From Candidatus Binatia bacterium (GTDB lineage: Bacteria; Desulfobacterota; Binatia; UBA9968; CAXXLF01), in the NCBI GenBank assembly GCA_963664015.2, contig CAXXLF010000002.1, positions 352,001 through 416,000 of the forward strand: a DNA stretch of 64,000 bases, read 5' to 3'. Below the pieces are notes generated by a model. It had not been told where the DNA came from and made no database searches. It was given only the letters and a program-made list of their open reading frames with translations. The position numbers and the translations under genes are program-made. This document shows, one piece after another, positions 10,612 to 20,791 of the stretch (its first letter is position 1; each line of letters begins with the position of its first letter).

Positions 10612-11772
10612 TCAGTAGGGACTGGGCACCTGATTACCAAGCTGGACCGGTTGTCCTTTTTTATTGGACTCCAGTATGGCTAAGCAAGCCTCCAGGGTTG
10701 CCTTGGCCCACCTCCCATCCGGATAAACAGAATTCTTCCCGTCGAGAGCCTCCTGCAGCGCCACCAAGGCTCCCGTAACCGACGCCCTTCCCTCTCCGGG
10801 ATAACCACCACAGGGGATTTCCTGGCAACCCTCAGCCGTGTAGAGGTAGAGTCCAGTGGGGGACTGACGGAGATCTCCTTTTTCGCAGCTCAAAATGGTA
10901 AAACCGTAAAAGGGTTGTCCCTGCTTTTCATCCGACCCGTAGAAGTAATCCGGTCGTTTCGTTGAGCTGTATTTAGTCGACTCATTAGCTGCCTGCGTAT
11001 AGCGATCTTCTGATTTAAGGCTGGAACGACTCATGCCATGAGTCAACTCGGAAGTGCTGAAGAATCCGTATCCGTTCATGATCATGGTAGCGGGTGTCCC
11101 GTTTTCGAATTGGGCAAAGGCCGTATAGTTGCCCTCGGTGTCAAAATTTGGGTCCCACTTCCCGGTCACCGCCCGGACATCCCGAATCAAACCACCCCCC
11201 AAACATCGAACGATGTCCGCCTGGTGGGGCGCCTGCCGGTATACCACCCCGCCTCCGGATTCGGTGTTGAGCTCCGAAGCAAGCCGGGGCTTCCGTTGCA
11301 GCCAGCCTCCGTACATCCAGGTATTGATCTGAATCACCCGTCCAATCTTCCCGCTCCGAACGATTTCGGCCATCTTTCTGATAGGCGGGTCATAGATCCG
11401 GGAGTGACCGTAAACCAGCTTGACTCCGGCCTTCTCAGCTCCCTCAATAATCTGATCGCAACCCTCAAGGGTTAAGGCCAGAGGCTTCACAATAACCACG
11501 TGCTTGCCGTTTTTGATCGCTGCCATCGCATGATCGACGTGGAATTTATTGGGCGTCGCCACGTAGACGACATCCACCTCGTTGCTTTCACACATTGCAT
11601 CGACTGATAGAAACCCACGGACCCCATGTGCCTTCTTCTGGGCTTCTAAGGCATCCTCCCGCGTATCGGCAACTGCCGAAAGGCTCAATCCGGGGATCTC
11701 GGGGACCGCCTGCACGACCTGGCTTCCCGCATCCCCCAGGCCGGCGACACCAACCTTAAGTGTGGGGCTCAT
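10612..11772 (-). CDS. Gfo/Idh/MocA oxidoreductase (cis-dihydrodiol dehydrogenase-like)
   Basis: GVAGLG, VYVATPNKFH, KP; start MSPT after AAGGAG, overlapping the Rieske gene. Confidence 0.9.
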   Translation of the reverse strand: MSPTLKVGVAGLGDAGSQVVQAVPEIPGLSLSAVADTREDALEAQKKAHGVRGFLSVDAMCESNEVDVVYVATPNKFHVDHAMAAIKNGKHVVIVKPLALTLEGCDQIIEGAEKAGVKLVYGHSRIYDPPIRKMAEIVRSGKIGRVIQINTWMYGGWLQRKPRLASELNTESGGGVVYRQAPHQADIVRCLGGGLIRDVRAVTGKWDPNFDTEGNYTAFAQFENGTPATMIMNGYGFFSTSELTHGMSRSSLKSEDRYTQAANESTKYSSTKRPDYFYGSDEKQGQPFYGFTILSCEKGDLRQSPTGLYLYTAEGCQEIPCGGYPGEGRASVTGALVALQEALDGKNSVYPDGRWAKATLEACLAILESNKKGQPVQLGNQVPSPY

Positions 11773-13060
11773 CTGTGGACTCCTTCCCTTCCTCCAAGTT
11801 AGCTGCCTGATCAAAGAGATCCTGTATCTGGTCCGATAGCTGGCTATACTTTCCCACGTTGCCTCTGCGCCGCTGGTCGGTCTGCACCCTCTTGAACCCA
11901 CCTCGCCTAGATTTCTCTTCATGAGGAAGATCAATGCAGATGTTCTTCGATGGATCTCGGAAGACGTTGATGGGGTCTTCCCCCCTCTCGACTTTCTCCA
12001 GTTGCTCGCGCAACATTTTTCTGTACTCGATAATCCCCACATCCGATTCCCCAAGTTTTTCCAGCGTACGGTCGGCGATGGGTCCCTGGGTAAACCACAT
12101 GGCCATGTCCTGCCCGCTATTATTGTCCAAAAGGGACCACCGCGGCTGCCCGACCTCATCCACCGTCGGTAATGGAACGTTAAAATAGGGGATGGTCTCC
12201 TGCTCCGGGACCTCTACGCCGGCTCCGGGCGACCAGGCTTTGAGGACGATTTGACAGGTGTGCGTGTCATCAATGGGGACTCGACACTGCAGGGCCCCGT
12301 CGCTGGCTGAGAGCCCACTGCGAAGAATGTGGGGGAACAGAACCGGATGCCCGGCACGCCAGTCGTCATCCTCTTCACTTCCCCCTTCAAGGACCCGTCG
12401 CTTGATAATCCCATGTTCGAACACAGAAAATCCGATCTTTTCGTGATGAAAGACTTTTCGTTTCAAATCCGGTTGGCCAAGCCGTTCCACCACGTACTGG
12501 TCAAAATGTCCGTGCAGCCACTCGACGTGAACTGGATCCAAGGAGTTTTCCATACATTGAAGCCAGTTACACGGGATCACGGACCATCCAGCCTCACGCA
12601 GTACCCCCGGTTGAACGAGGAGGTCCCAACGGGGCAAGAGGGGCGCCGGCTGGGGCCCAAGGTAGGCCCAGATTAAGCCTCCCAGCTCCTCCACCGCGTA
12701 AGCTTTGATCGTAACTCTGTCCTTGAAAGAGCTACCGGCCGGTTCCGCCGGCTGCTCCAGACACCTCCCCTGGGCGTCGAACTTCCACCCGTGGTAGGCG
12801 CAGCGCAGGCCATCAGCCTCAGGGATACCGTATAGCAAGGAAACACGCCGATGGGGGCAGGTATCGTCAATCAACCCCAGGCGTCCTGTTCGATCCCTAT
12901 AGAGAACCAGCGATTCCCCCAGTATTTTTATCAGTTTCGTCCCATGGCCCATTAATTCCGCCGACCCTCCTATGGGGTACCAGTAGCGCCTGAGAAGTTC
13001 TCCCATGGGAGTACCGGGACTCACGCGAGACAGTCTTTCATTTTCTTCCGCACTTATCAT
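11756..13060 (-). CDS. Rieske aromatic oxygenase alpha subunit (phthalate 4,5-dioxygenase/LigX-like)
   Basis: CPHR..CAYHGW Rieske motif; CNWLQCMENSLDPVH..H iron site; PGTPMGELLRRYW N-terminus. Confidence 0.92.
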   Translation of the reverse strand: MISAEENERLSRVSPGTPMGELLRRYWYPIGGSAELMGHGTKLIKILGESLVLYRDRTGRLGLIDDTCPHRRVSLLYGIPEADGLRCAYHGWKFDAQGRCLEQPAEPAGSSFKDRVTIKAYAVEELGGLIWAYLGPQPAPLLPRWDLLVQPGVLREAGWSVIPCNWLQCMENSLDPVHVEWLHGHFDQYVVERLGQPDLKRKVFHHEKIGFSVFEHGIIKRRVLEGGSEEDDDWRAGHPVLFPHILRSGLSASDGALQCRVPIDDTHTCQIVLKAWSPGAGVEVPEQETIPYFNVPLPTVDEVGQPRWSLLDNNSGQDMAMWFTQGPIADRTLEKLGESDVGIIEYRKMLREQLEKVERGEDPINVFRDPSKNICIDLPHEEKSRRGGFKRVQTDQRRRGNVGKYSQLSDQIQDLFDQAANLEEGKESTDEPHT

Positions 13061-13307
13061 CGATGGTTCCTCCTTGCATTAAACGGCCAGCGCCAGATTC
13101 GATTATCTATTTTATTCGGCCCAGGATGGCAAGCCGCCCCGTAGCTCAATAATGGTTGCCCTAATCCTTAGCACGGCACGTAAGGACTCCCTGTAACGAA
13201 CTCTGGATTCTCGAACAGCCAGGCACCCATTCTCTATGAACGGGACGCTTAACCACCCCCCCTCCTTTTAAAGGTTGCGGTAATGCGCTCCAGTTCCAGG
13301 CTTAAAT

Positions 13308-13395
13308 CTCTTTAGCTATTGGATCGTTGATATGTGGAGGGGTCCTGGATGCCTTTCCCCAATTACGGGTGGCTTTCCTGGAAGCCGGGGCAGGC
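13308..13395 (+). pseudogene. Amidohydrolase-2 gene remnant
   Basis: Manual translation SLAIGSLICGGVLDAFPQLRVAFLEAGAG matches the GxxxRFPxLRxxFxE motif; no start or rest of gene. Confidence 0.7.
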
Positions 13396-13600
13396 ACCCC
13401 CTTGGAGACAAAATAGGGTGCAGACGTGGGCCTGATAGAATTGTTGAAGTTAAGCAGCTTCTTTTTCATATCAGTATCGGCAAATTGCTCCAGAGTCGAA
13501 AGCCCCTGTGGGAATCCAGGAACCACCTCCGCACCTTGCCCGACGGCGTTCTTGACCGTAACCGGAAACGAAAATTCGCCGATCCAGTGAGGCGTACCTC
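13390..13600 (-). pseudogene. Probable Bug/TctC-like binding protein remnant
   Basis: LSTLEQFADTDMKKKLLNFNNSIRPTSAPYFVSKGVP resembles the TctC C-terminal P.GTP/VP region. Confidence 0.4.
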
Positions 13601-14009
13601 TCAGGATTCCAGGAATACTCTGGGACTCAGCACCGGTTTTAATCCTGATTCATACAAACAGCCTGATGCCAAGTTAGGCCTCGGCCCCTGGGACTTCTCA
13701 ACTACCGTTTTTTACACCCCACACCGTGCAACGAGATATCCAGCTCGCCCTATTGTCAAAATCAATTTTTACTATTGTGTTTCGGTGGTTAGTCTTATGG
13801 GGTTAGCCCAGAAACACCCAAAGAGGGAGCTCTACGGCTGGGATAATCGGTCACTGCGTAAGGGACTGGCATGGTGACAATTTTCCTGACATACTGAGAA
13901 AGTCTCCCTGCGGACCGACAGGTAAACAACCCCATGAATTCCGTCAACCGAGACCTCTAACCCTACAAACGATGCCCCATTGGCGGAACCTTGGAGAAGA
14001 GGATCAAAC

Positions 14010-14498
14010 ATGCCATCTTTTGATATCGTTTCGGAAGTGAACACAGACGAAGTAACCAATGCGGTGAATCAAGGCAACCAGGACGTCGGAACACGTTTCG
14101 ATTTTAAAGGATCCAACGCAAAATTCGAGCTCGAAGACAAGCAAGTAACCATGCGCGCCCCGAACGATTTTCAACTCAAACAGATGTACGATATTCTCAC
14201 AGGACGGCTGGCCAAGCGCGGAGTGGATATCCGCTGTTTGCATACTGACCCACCTCAAGTTAACGTTTCGAACGCCTGGCAGGTTGTTACCGTCCGGCAG
14301 GGGATTGAAACGGACCTAGCTAAGAAAATCGTAAAAATGATTAAGGACGAGAAATACAAGGTCCAGGCTGCCATTCAGGGAGAGAAGATCCGAGTCACAG
14401 GCAAGAAAAGGGATGATCTCCAACAGGTGATAGGCATGCTCAAAGAGGCCAAGGACAAATTAGAACTCCCGCTTCAATACACTAACTACCGTGATTAA
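14010..14498 (+). CDS. yajQ: YajQ family nucleotide/c-di-GMP-binding protein
   Basis: MPSFDIVSEV, RFDFKGS, RVTGKKRDDLQ, LPLQYTNYRD. Confidence 0.96.
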   Translation: MPSFDIVSEVNTDEVTNAVNQGNQDVGTRFDFKGSNAKFELEDKQVTMRAPNDFQLKQMYDILTGRLAKRGVDIRCLHTDPPQVNVSNAWQVVTVRQGIETDLAKKIVKMIKDEKYKVQAAIQGEKIRVTGKKRDDLQQVIGMLKEAKDKLELPLQYTNYRD

Positions 14499-14889
14499 AC
14501 CACTCCGCTCTCTGAATACACACCTGGCGAATTCTTGCGGCGAGTACCAAGACTTGCCCTAATCCCCGCGCTCCTTTCGGTCTGCGAAAAGGCCTAGGCT
14601 CGTTATCACAACCCCGAAAACTACGATGATGAGCAGTATCAGAAAAAACGGGTTAAGGGTTACGAGAAAAAAGGTAACTAGGCAAACGGAAAAACACGCA
14701 CCGAACGAGCATGGTGGAAGGATAGAGAGCGGTCACCTGCAACCAAATAAACTGCACCACGAAGAAACCCAGCCCGATTAAAAGCATGCCGACAACGCGG
14801 AGAACGATAGTTTCGTCTTCCTTGTTGGAGAGGAGCAATGTCATGGTTAATCGGGCCGTCAAGAGCAAGCCAAATTCCAAAACACATCA

Positions 14890-15421
14890 AGATAATAATA
14901 GCTCAGAGGCATGATGTGCCCGGCAAGACTCCCTGAATCGGCTTTGTCATATGAAACCGGGCCGAACAGAATAAAGAAACCACTGGTAAGGTAGGACAAC
15001 CTGGAATTGATATTCAATACGTTCGGCGTACTAAAAATACCCCCCCCCAGGGCCGTAGCACCCGGTAGGCTTCCTTTATAAAACCCACTGGGCTCTCCAG
15101 ATGCTCAATGAGCTCGATGGCGAAGACCGTATCGTAGCTATTATCTTCGTATGGAAGGGAATTGACGAAGTCGAAATGATCGCATTGGACACCTGGGTAT
15201 CTAAACTGCTGGGGCAGAAGGTCTCATGCTGTAAGTATCTCACTCGGCGTACCCCCGAGTTTATTGATATGTTCCCCCAATTCCTGGGCCATGTAACCAC
15301 GCCCGGCGCCGATCTCCAGCATCCTAGTTCCCAAAACCTGACCTTCGGTAATCAGTGAGAACACTTTCCGGTTGGTCGTAAGGTTTGAAGCTGGCCTGAT
15401 GGTTTCAAATAACACGCTCAT
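14890..15421 (-). pseudogene. Class I SAM-dependent methyltransferase, disrupted and 3' truncated
   Basis: LEIGAGRG, TGA at 15224-15226, then LPYEDNSYD..IEHL..RVLRP, frameshift at G9 tract 15040-15048, STPN..GHI. Confidence 0.8.
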
Positions 15422-15461
15422 TTTAAATCCGAAGGCTAAACCCCACAGGGAAAGATAATGG

Positions 15462-16520
15462 CTACGGCTTGATATCCTGCAAAAACCAATCCGTAGGCAC
15501 CTCGTGTCCCAGTCCCATCTTCAGGCAACCAAAATAAACCGAGTAGCCCACCGCCGCGAACTGCATCCCAGTTCCGATATTGTTTAAGAAGAAAGTCGTC
15601 TGATTGTCGTTGATCCGTGTAGGCCCATGTCCGGCCACAAGATCCGTTATTTCAGGGAATTGCCCCCAATCCCGATCTTTCTCACGCCTTACGCCGGGAA
15701 AGTCATCCTCCTGCCCTGGGGGCAGGTAATGAATTACTCCGCCAAAACGTGTATGAATGGCAACCACATCGCACCGGGTAAAGACACTCTCCTCGACCTC
15801 GAATTCTCTGATCGCATTGTAGTGCATGCCCGACTCTATCATGGTGCCCGTAATGATAGACTTCGATGCATTGGTAGCCGTGCAGATAATATCACAATTT
15901 TTAACTGCCTCTTCCACGCTGGATACCTCCTGCAGGTCGATCCCGCATTCGGCCCCCATAGTCTTTACAAACTCTTTTCGGTGGACTGGATTCGGGCTGA
16001 ACACCCGTACAACCGAGATCGGGCGCACGGTGATCAGCGAGCGCAGATGCGCACGGGCCTGATCCCCCGTGCCAATAAGGGCCAGGGTCGCACTGTCTTC
16101 ACGGGCCAGGTACTTGACGCCAAGCGCACTCGTAATGGCAACCCTTGCTTGCTGTATGAGCCCATCGGGCATGATGGCCAGAGGCTCACCGGTCTCGATG
16201 CTGAAAAGTTGGACCATACCAACGAACTTACCTCCCGGGGCAAGGGGGAGTTTATTGAGCCGTAAGGTTCCGCTCGTCTCTTCTTCCCTGACAATGTCGG
16301 AGCAGATTCTCAAAGCCATGACATTAAACTTGGCTATTCCCCCTTCGACGGATTTGAAACTATAGGTGCTGCTCGCCATGGAATGCGGCAAATAGGACTG
16401 AGTCGTCGGACGGTTTACTGCCCGGCTCAGTCCCAGTTCCCTGTAGGCATCTTCACAAATGGCCAGACACTCGTCCCGGTCCAGCGCCTTCTGAACATCA
16501 TGGTTATTGAGTATGAGCAT
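15462..16520 (-). CDS. Ornithine cyclodeaminase/mu-crystallin family protein
   Basis: TGEPLAIM, IGTGDQARAH, CDIICTAT, GTGMQFAA. Confidence 0.9.
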   Translation of the reverse strand: MLILNNHDVQKALDRDECLAICEDAYRELGLSRAVNRPTTQSYLPHSMASSTYSFKSVEGGIAKFNVMALRICSDIVREEETSGTLRLNKLPLAPGGKFVGMVQLFSIETGEPLAIMPDGLIQQARVAITSALGVKYLAREDSATLALIGTGDQARAHLRSLITVRPISVVRVFSPNPVHRKEFVKTMGAECGIDLQEVSSVEEAVKNCDIICTATNASKSIITGTMIESGMHYNAIREFEVEESVFTRCDVVAIHTRFGGVIHYLPPGQEDDFPGVRREKDRDWGQFPEITDLVAGHGPTRINDNQTTFFLNNIGTGMQFAAVGYSVYFGCLKMGLGHEVPTDWFLQDIKP

Positions 16521-16641
16521 TATGGATTAAATTTTTCTTCAACCTACCTTTCACATCTTCACATAGCTCCTTCCTGGTACTCATTAAAATCAACCAGGTT
16601 TCTTGGCACGTCCATTGACACGGTTCTTATCCCTTCCCTCC

Positions 16642-16947
16642 TTAGCCCTTTTGTAGCTTTGACGCGACGCTATCAATCTTGTCCTGCATGGACTGATCCC
16701 GATCGACGCGTGAACCGAGCCGGATGGAGGTGCTAATACGCGGTGCGCCCATTTTATGGACGGTCTCATGACAACGCTGGATCGCCTGAAGGACCGACTC
16801 GAAGTCCCCTTCGATGTTGGTTCCGTAAGCATGGAGTTTTGGGTTAAGCCCGGCTTCAAGAAAGATCTTCTCACAGGCAGCGATGTACTCGGAAACAGAT
16901 ACACCGACCCCGATAGGAACAATGCACACATCCGCGATAGCTTTCAT
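16642..16947 (-). CDS. MTH1187/DUF77 thiamine-binding family protein
   Basis: VPIGVGVSVS.YIA, LHAYGTNIEG, RVDRDQSMQDKI. Confidence 0.9.
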   Translation of the reverse strand: MKAIADVCIVPIGVGVSVSEYIAACEKIFLEAGLNPKLHAYGTNIEGDFESVLQAIQRCHETVHKMGAPRISTSIRLGSRVDRDQSMQDKIDSVASKLQKG

Positions 16948-17112
16948 AAAGCACTTACGCTCCTTACTGGAAGCAAATGAAGCTGAGCAATCCTATTAGC
17001 CTATTTGCCCACTTGCCCTACGAGCGAACCTATCATTAGCAAAGTTACGTGCTCAAGGAAACCAAGTACGCCTATCCACTTTCGAGTTTGACCCTACGGA
17101 CAGTCCTTGAAT

Positions 17113-18300
17113 TCAATCTTTACGTGCGGCGGGAGGCTGTTTTCCAAAGACAAGAAAAATCACAGAACCGATAATCACCACCGCAGCTGACACCAGATAC
17201 AGGGAAGAAAAGTTTTTATTCGTGAGATCCAGTAGGATTCCCAGGGACATTGCACCGATACCGATTCCCAGATCGTGAAAGGTCTGGAATTGAGCCATGG
17301 AAAGACCCCGGCGCGCCGGTGGTACCCAGTCGATGGCCAGGGTCATAAGGCCTGGATGAGCGGAACCAAATCCCAGACCATTGATGCCTGCAGCGACCAA
17401 TAGCATAGTCATGGAACTGGAAAAGGCCACCAGTAGGAGACCCACAATCTGCAGAATAAGACCTGGAATGATCACCGCATGCCGGCTAAAACGGTCGGAT
17501 AGGGGACCTGCAATGGGTCGGCAAATGATCACGAAGCCGGCTTCCACTGCGAAATAATAGGCGGGGTTGCCCAATTGCTCCTGTAACACGAAAAGCGGAA
17601 TATAGGTTGAAATCCCCGCATGCCCAAACGCCAGGAACCCCATAATCGCTCCTGGCAGGAATGACTCCCGCACAAAGAGGAGCTCCCACCAACTCCGCCG
17701 ACCTCCATCCCGTTCTATCTCTCTATGGGGCTCCTTGATTGGAAGTGCAAAGATAAAACTTAGAAGAATCACTCCGAGGACGACCAAAAACATCCCATGA
17801 AATCCGTAACGATAGTAGGCCGCAAATCCGGCGATGGGCCCCAACGCCCCTCCCACATTGCTTGCCAAACCGGCATAGGCGATCATGGCCCCCCGCCGCT
17901 TGCCGGGAGCGATGTCTGCGGCCAAAGTACTAACGGTTGTCGTGCACCCGGACCATCCAAGGCCGTGAACCATCCTAAAAATCACCAGGAAGATGAGACC
18001 GGGAGCCCATGCATAACCCAGCGTGGCAACGGCAAGCAACACGATACCCAACAGGAGATATCGCTTTCGCCCGGAGCGATCGATCAACATGCCGACGAAG
18101 GGTCGGCTCACCGTCGCCATCATGGTAAACGACGACATGATGAATCCGATCAATGCTCCCGACGCTCCGAGACTGGCCAGGTAGACGGGGAAGACCGGAT
18201 TCACTTGCCGGAAGGAGAAAAATATACCGAACCGTGAGATCGCAACTAGAACGAAATCACGCACCCAGTTGGTAGGCTGGATTTCCTCCGGCTCAGCCAT
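17113..18300 (-). CDS. MFS transporter
   Basis: About 12 hydrophobic segments; G.LIDRSGRK and LSDRFSR motif A repeats. Confidence 0.9.
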   Translation of the reverse strand: MAEPEEIQPTNWVRDFVLVAISRFGIFFSFRQVNPVFPVYLASLGASGALIGFIMSSFTMMATVSRPFVGMLIDRSGRKRYLLLGIVLLAVATLGYAWAPGLIFLVIFRMVHGLGWSGCTTTVSTLAADIAPGKRRGAMIAYAGLASNVGGALGPIAGFAAYYRYGFHGMFLVVLGVILLSFIFALPIKEPHREIERDGGRRSWWELLFVRESFLPGAIMGFLAFGHAGISTYIPLFVLQEQLGNPAYYFAVEAGFVIICRPIAGPLSDRFSRHAVIIPGLILQIVGLLLVAFSSSMTMLLVAAGINGLGFGSAHPGLMTLAIDWVPPARRGLSMAQFQTFHDLGIGIGAMSLGILLDLTNKNFSSLYLVSAAVVIIGSVIFLVFGKQPPAARKD

Positions 18301-18470
18301 TGGGACTCGTCATCGAACGATAGCAGGGGCTGGTTCGTGAACCCTTTCGTTGGACCGGCTGAGAATTGAACGGGGAAAGTCGAAATAAGCAAAAACACTT
18401 GTTGCACATGCGGTTATTCTTTCCTATTGAAGTTAACCGACCCTTTCTCTTTAATCAACCTGATACCGGG

Positions 18471-18498
18471 TTGACATCTCAGTCCCGTATCGGATAAT
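18471..18498 (+). promoter_or_regulatory. Putative sigma70 promoter for the amidohydrolase pair
   Basis: TTGACA-N16-GATAAT about 35 bp upstream of ATG 18532. Confidence 0.45.
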
Positions 18499-18531
18499 AG
18501 CTCCAATGCGACATGGAAGGCGGGAATTCTA

Positions 18532-19650
18532 ATGTCTGGAGTCGTTGATGCCGATACCCATATCATCGAGCATCCGGAAATGTGGGAGTGCTTCGACCGC
18601 GAGATGTATCACCGCCGGCCTGTCCTGGCGTCGACTACGGCGGACAGCGTCTACGGCCGCAATAACCAGCTGTGGCTCATTGACGGAACGGCGATTCCAA
18701 AGCGTTCCGGAAAGGGTAGCGCCATTGTTGCTGTCGGCGGCTCCGACAGTGAAAACTCGCGGACCGACATTGCCGCCTCCGTGCGCTACATCACGGACCC
18801 TGGGGCCCGCGTGCGGGATATGGACAAAAGGGGCGTGGATACGGAGATCGTCTACCCCACGTTACTCCTCGCCTATGTGACCCACGACGTCGACCTGGAA
18901 GTCGCTATCTGCCGGGCCTACAACCGATACATGGCCCGAGCCTGGCGCGACGCAGGTGATCGCTTACGGTGGGTTGTGGTACCACCGCTCAGGAATATGG
19001 CAGAGTCGGTCAGGGAGATTGAGACGGCCCACGACAATGGGGCGGTCGGGGTCTTCTTCCGTGGAGTGGAAGGTGACCGCTCGCTGGCCGAAAGCTATTT
19101 TTTCCCCGTCTACGAAGCCGCCAACAAATTAAAAATGGCCATATGCGTCCACACAGGCGCCGGCTCACCCGGGATCTCCAATGTCTTTGACCGCAGTTTC
19201 AGTCATAACCTGCCCCATGTGCGTTCCCTGCCGCTCTTTGCATTCCGCGACATCGTGGCCCACAAGATTCCCGAGCGTTTTCCAGACCTACGTTTCGGCT
19301 TCATCGAAGCGTCAGCGTCGTGGGTGCCCTACGTTCTTCATCACCTAAGCCGTTCCAGCCGCTTCAACCTCAGCTCCCCGGCAGACGCCGACCCAGCGCT
19401 CCAATGGGGCCCCAAACTATTCCGGGATTACCGGCTCTATGTTGCGGTCGAAACCGATGAAGACCTTGGCTACCTCCTCCATCATATCGGCGAGAACAAT
19501 ATGATCATAGGATCCGACTACGGCCATACGGACCAATCAAGGGACTCGGGCATGGTCGCACTCATGCGCAAGCGGGAGGATATTTCTCCGGCGGTTATCG
19601 AAAAAATTTTATGCGAGAACTCACGGCGCTTTTACGCACTACCCAGGTAG
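18532..19650 (+). CDS. Amidohydrolase-2 family protein
   Basis: DADTHI, VYPT, ICVH, RFPDLRFGFIEA, GSDYGH. Confidence 0.92.
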   Translation: MSGVVDADTHIIEHPEMWECFDREMYHRRPVLASTTADSVYGRNNQLWLIDGTAIPKRSGKGSAIVAVGGSDSENSRTDIAASVRYITDPGARVRDMDKRGVDTEIVYPTLLLAYVTHDVDLEVAICRAYNRYMARAWRDAGDRLRWVVVPPLRNMAESVREIETAHDNGAVGVFFRGVEGDRSLAESYFFPVYEAANKLKMAICVHTGAGSPGISNVFDRSFSHNLPHVRSLPLFAFRDIVAHKIPERFPDLRFGFIEASASWVPYVLHHLSRSSRFNLSSPADADPALQWGPKLFRDYRLYVAVETDEDLGYLLHHIGENNMIIGSDYGHTDQSRDSGMVALMRKREDISPAVIEKILCENSRRFYALPR

Positions 19651-19674
19651 TGGGGGTGCCGCATAGGAGGAATC

Positions 19675-20769
19675 ATGGAATCACGAGTCATTGACGCCGA
19701 CACCCACGTGGCAGAACCGGTCGGCATGTGGGAACACCTCGACCAAAAATGGTACGGCCGCCGGCCCGTCATCGTCTCCCTTCCCGACGACACCTTATAC
19801 CGGGAGCAAACCGCCGTGTGGTTGATTGATGGTAACATCTTCCCGAAAGTAGCCGGTATGGGAGGCAGTCTGTTGATCACACCGTCCGCCGCCAAAAAAC
19901 AGGCTGCAAGAAAAGACATCAGCGTCGGCTGCCGGGAGATGACCGACACCACGACTCGGCTTGCGGATATGGACCGGCTGAATATTCACACCCAGGTTGT
20001 TTATCCCACCCTTTTCCTCGTTCATTTAACCGAGGATGTCGGCTTCGAGGTTGCCCTGTGTCGTGCCTACAACAGATTTATGGGCGATGCCTGCGCCAAA
20101 GGAGGGAGTCGTATCCGTTGGGTAGCCATCCCACCCCTACGATCAATCGAGGAGTCCATCAACGAATTGCGCTGGTCTAAAGAACATGGGGCGGTAGGAG
20201 TTTTCTTTAGGGGCATGGAAAATGACGTGAACATCGACGATCCCTATTTTTTCCCCGTTTACGAGGAAGCGGCTCGATTGAACCTACCCATCTGTATCCA
20301 TCAGGCAATGGGTTCCCCCACTATGATGCGCCTATTCGATATCCAACAGCACAGCACCTTTTCCCAGTCGAGGCTCCTTCCCCTGATCGCCTTTAGAAAC
20401 ATTGTCGCCAACAAGATCCCGGAACGCTTTCCTGGCCTCAAATTCGGCTTTATAGAAGCCTGCGCCGGATGGATCCCGTTTCTCGTCCATCATCTTAGGC
20501 GGTCGCTGCGCCGGCGCTGGAAGTTCGCCTCGAGCGTCGACCTCTTCCGGGAATACCGGCTCTTCGTGGCCTGTGAAGCGGACGAGGATATCCCCTACCT
20601 GACCCAATTTACAGGTGAAGACAATCTCATTATCGGGTCCGATTACGGGCACCCCGATGCCTCGGAAGAACCCGAACTGGTGGCCATGATGAGGGCTCGA
20701 ACGGACCTCTCCAAAGAGGTGACTGACAAGATACTGTCCTCCAACGCGCGGGATTTCTATTCATTTTAA
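19675..20769 (+). CDS. Amidohydrolase-2 family protein (tandem paralog)
   Basis: DADTHV, VYPT, ICIH, RFPGLKFGFIEA, GSDYGH. Confidence 0.92.
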   Translation: MESRVIDADTHVAEPVGMWEHLDQKWYGRRPVIVSLPDDTLYREQTAVWLIDGNIFPKVAGMGGSLLITPSAAKKQAARKDISVGCREMTDTTTRLADMDRLNIHTQVVYPTLFLVHLTEDVGFEVALCRAYNRFMGDACAKGGSRIRWVAIPPLRSIEESINELRWSKEHGAVGVFFRGMENDVNIDDPYFFPVYEEAARLNLPICIHQAMGSPTMMRLFDIQQHSTFSQSRLLPLIAFRNIVANKIPERFPGLKFGFIEACAGWIPFLVHHLRRSLRRRWKFASSVDLFREYRLFVACEADEDIPYLTQFTGEDNLIIGSDYGHPDASEEPELVAMMRARTDLSKEVTDKILSSNARDFYSF

Positions 20770-20791
20770 TATCCCTCACTGGAAATCATGT

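Noticed and set aside
13136-13160. GCCCCGTAGCTCAA resembling a tRNA 5' end
   Set aside because: No D-stem partner, T loop or acceptor 3' strand
13332-13877. 181-aa ORF
   Set aside because: Off-frame across two pseudogene remnants; no motifs
15224-15226. Second in-frame TGA at a likely Cys position (LTA*DL) in the methyltransferase
   Set aside because: The gene is also frameshifted and truncated; the only hairpin (CTGC-CCCA-GCAG) is too close and has no G in the loop. It does show that chance TGAs occur here, so the MetE call rests on the SECIS and the intact frame
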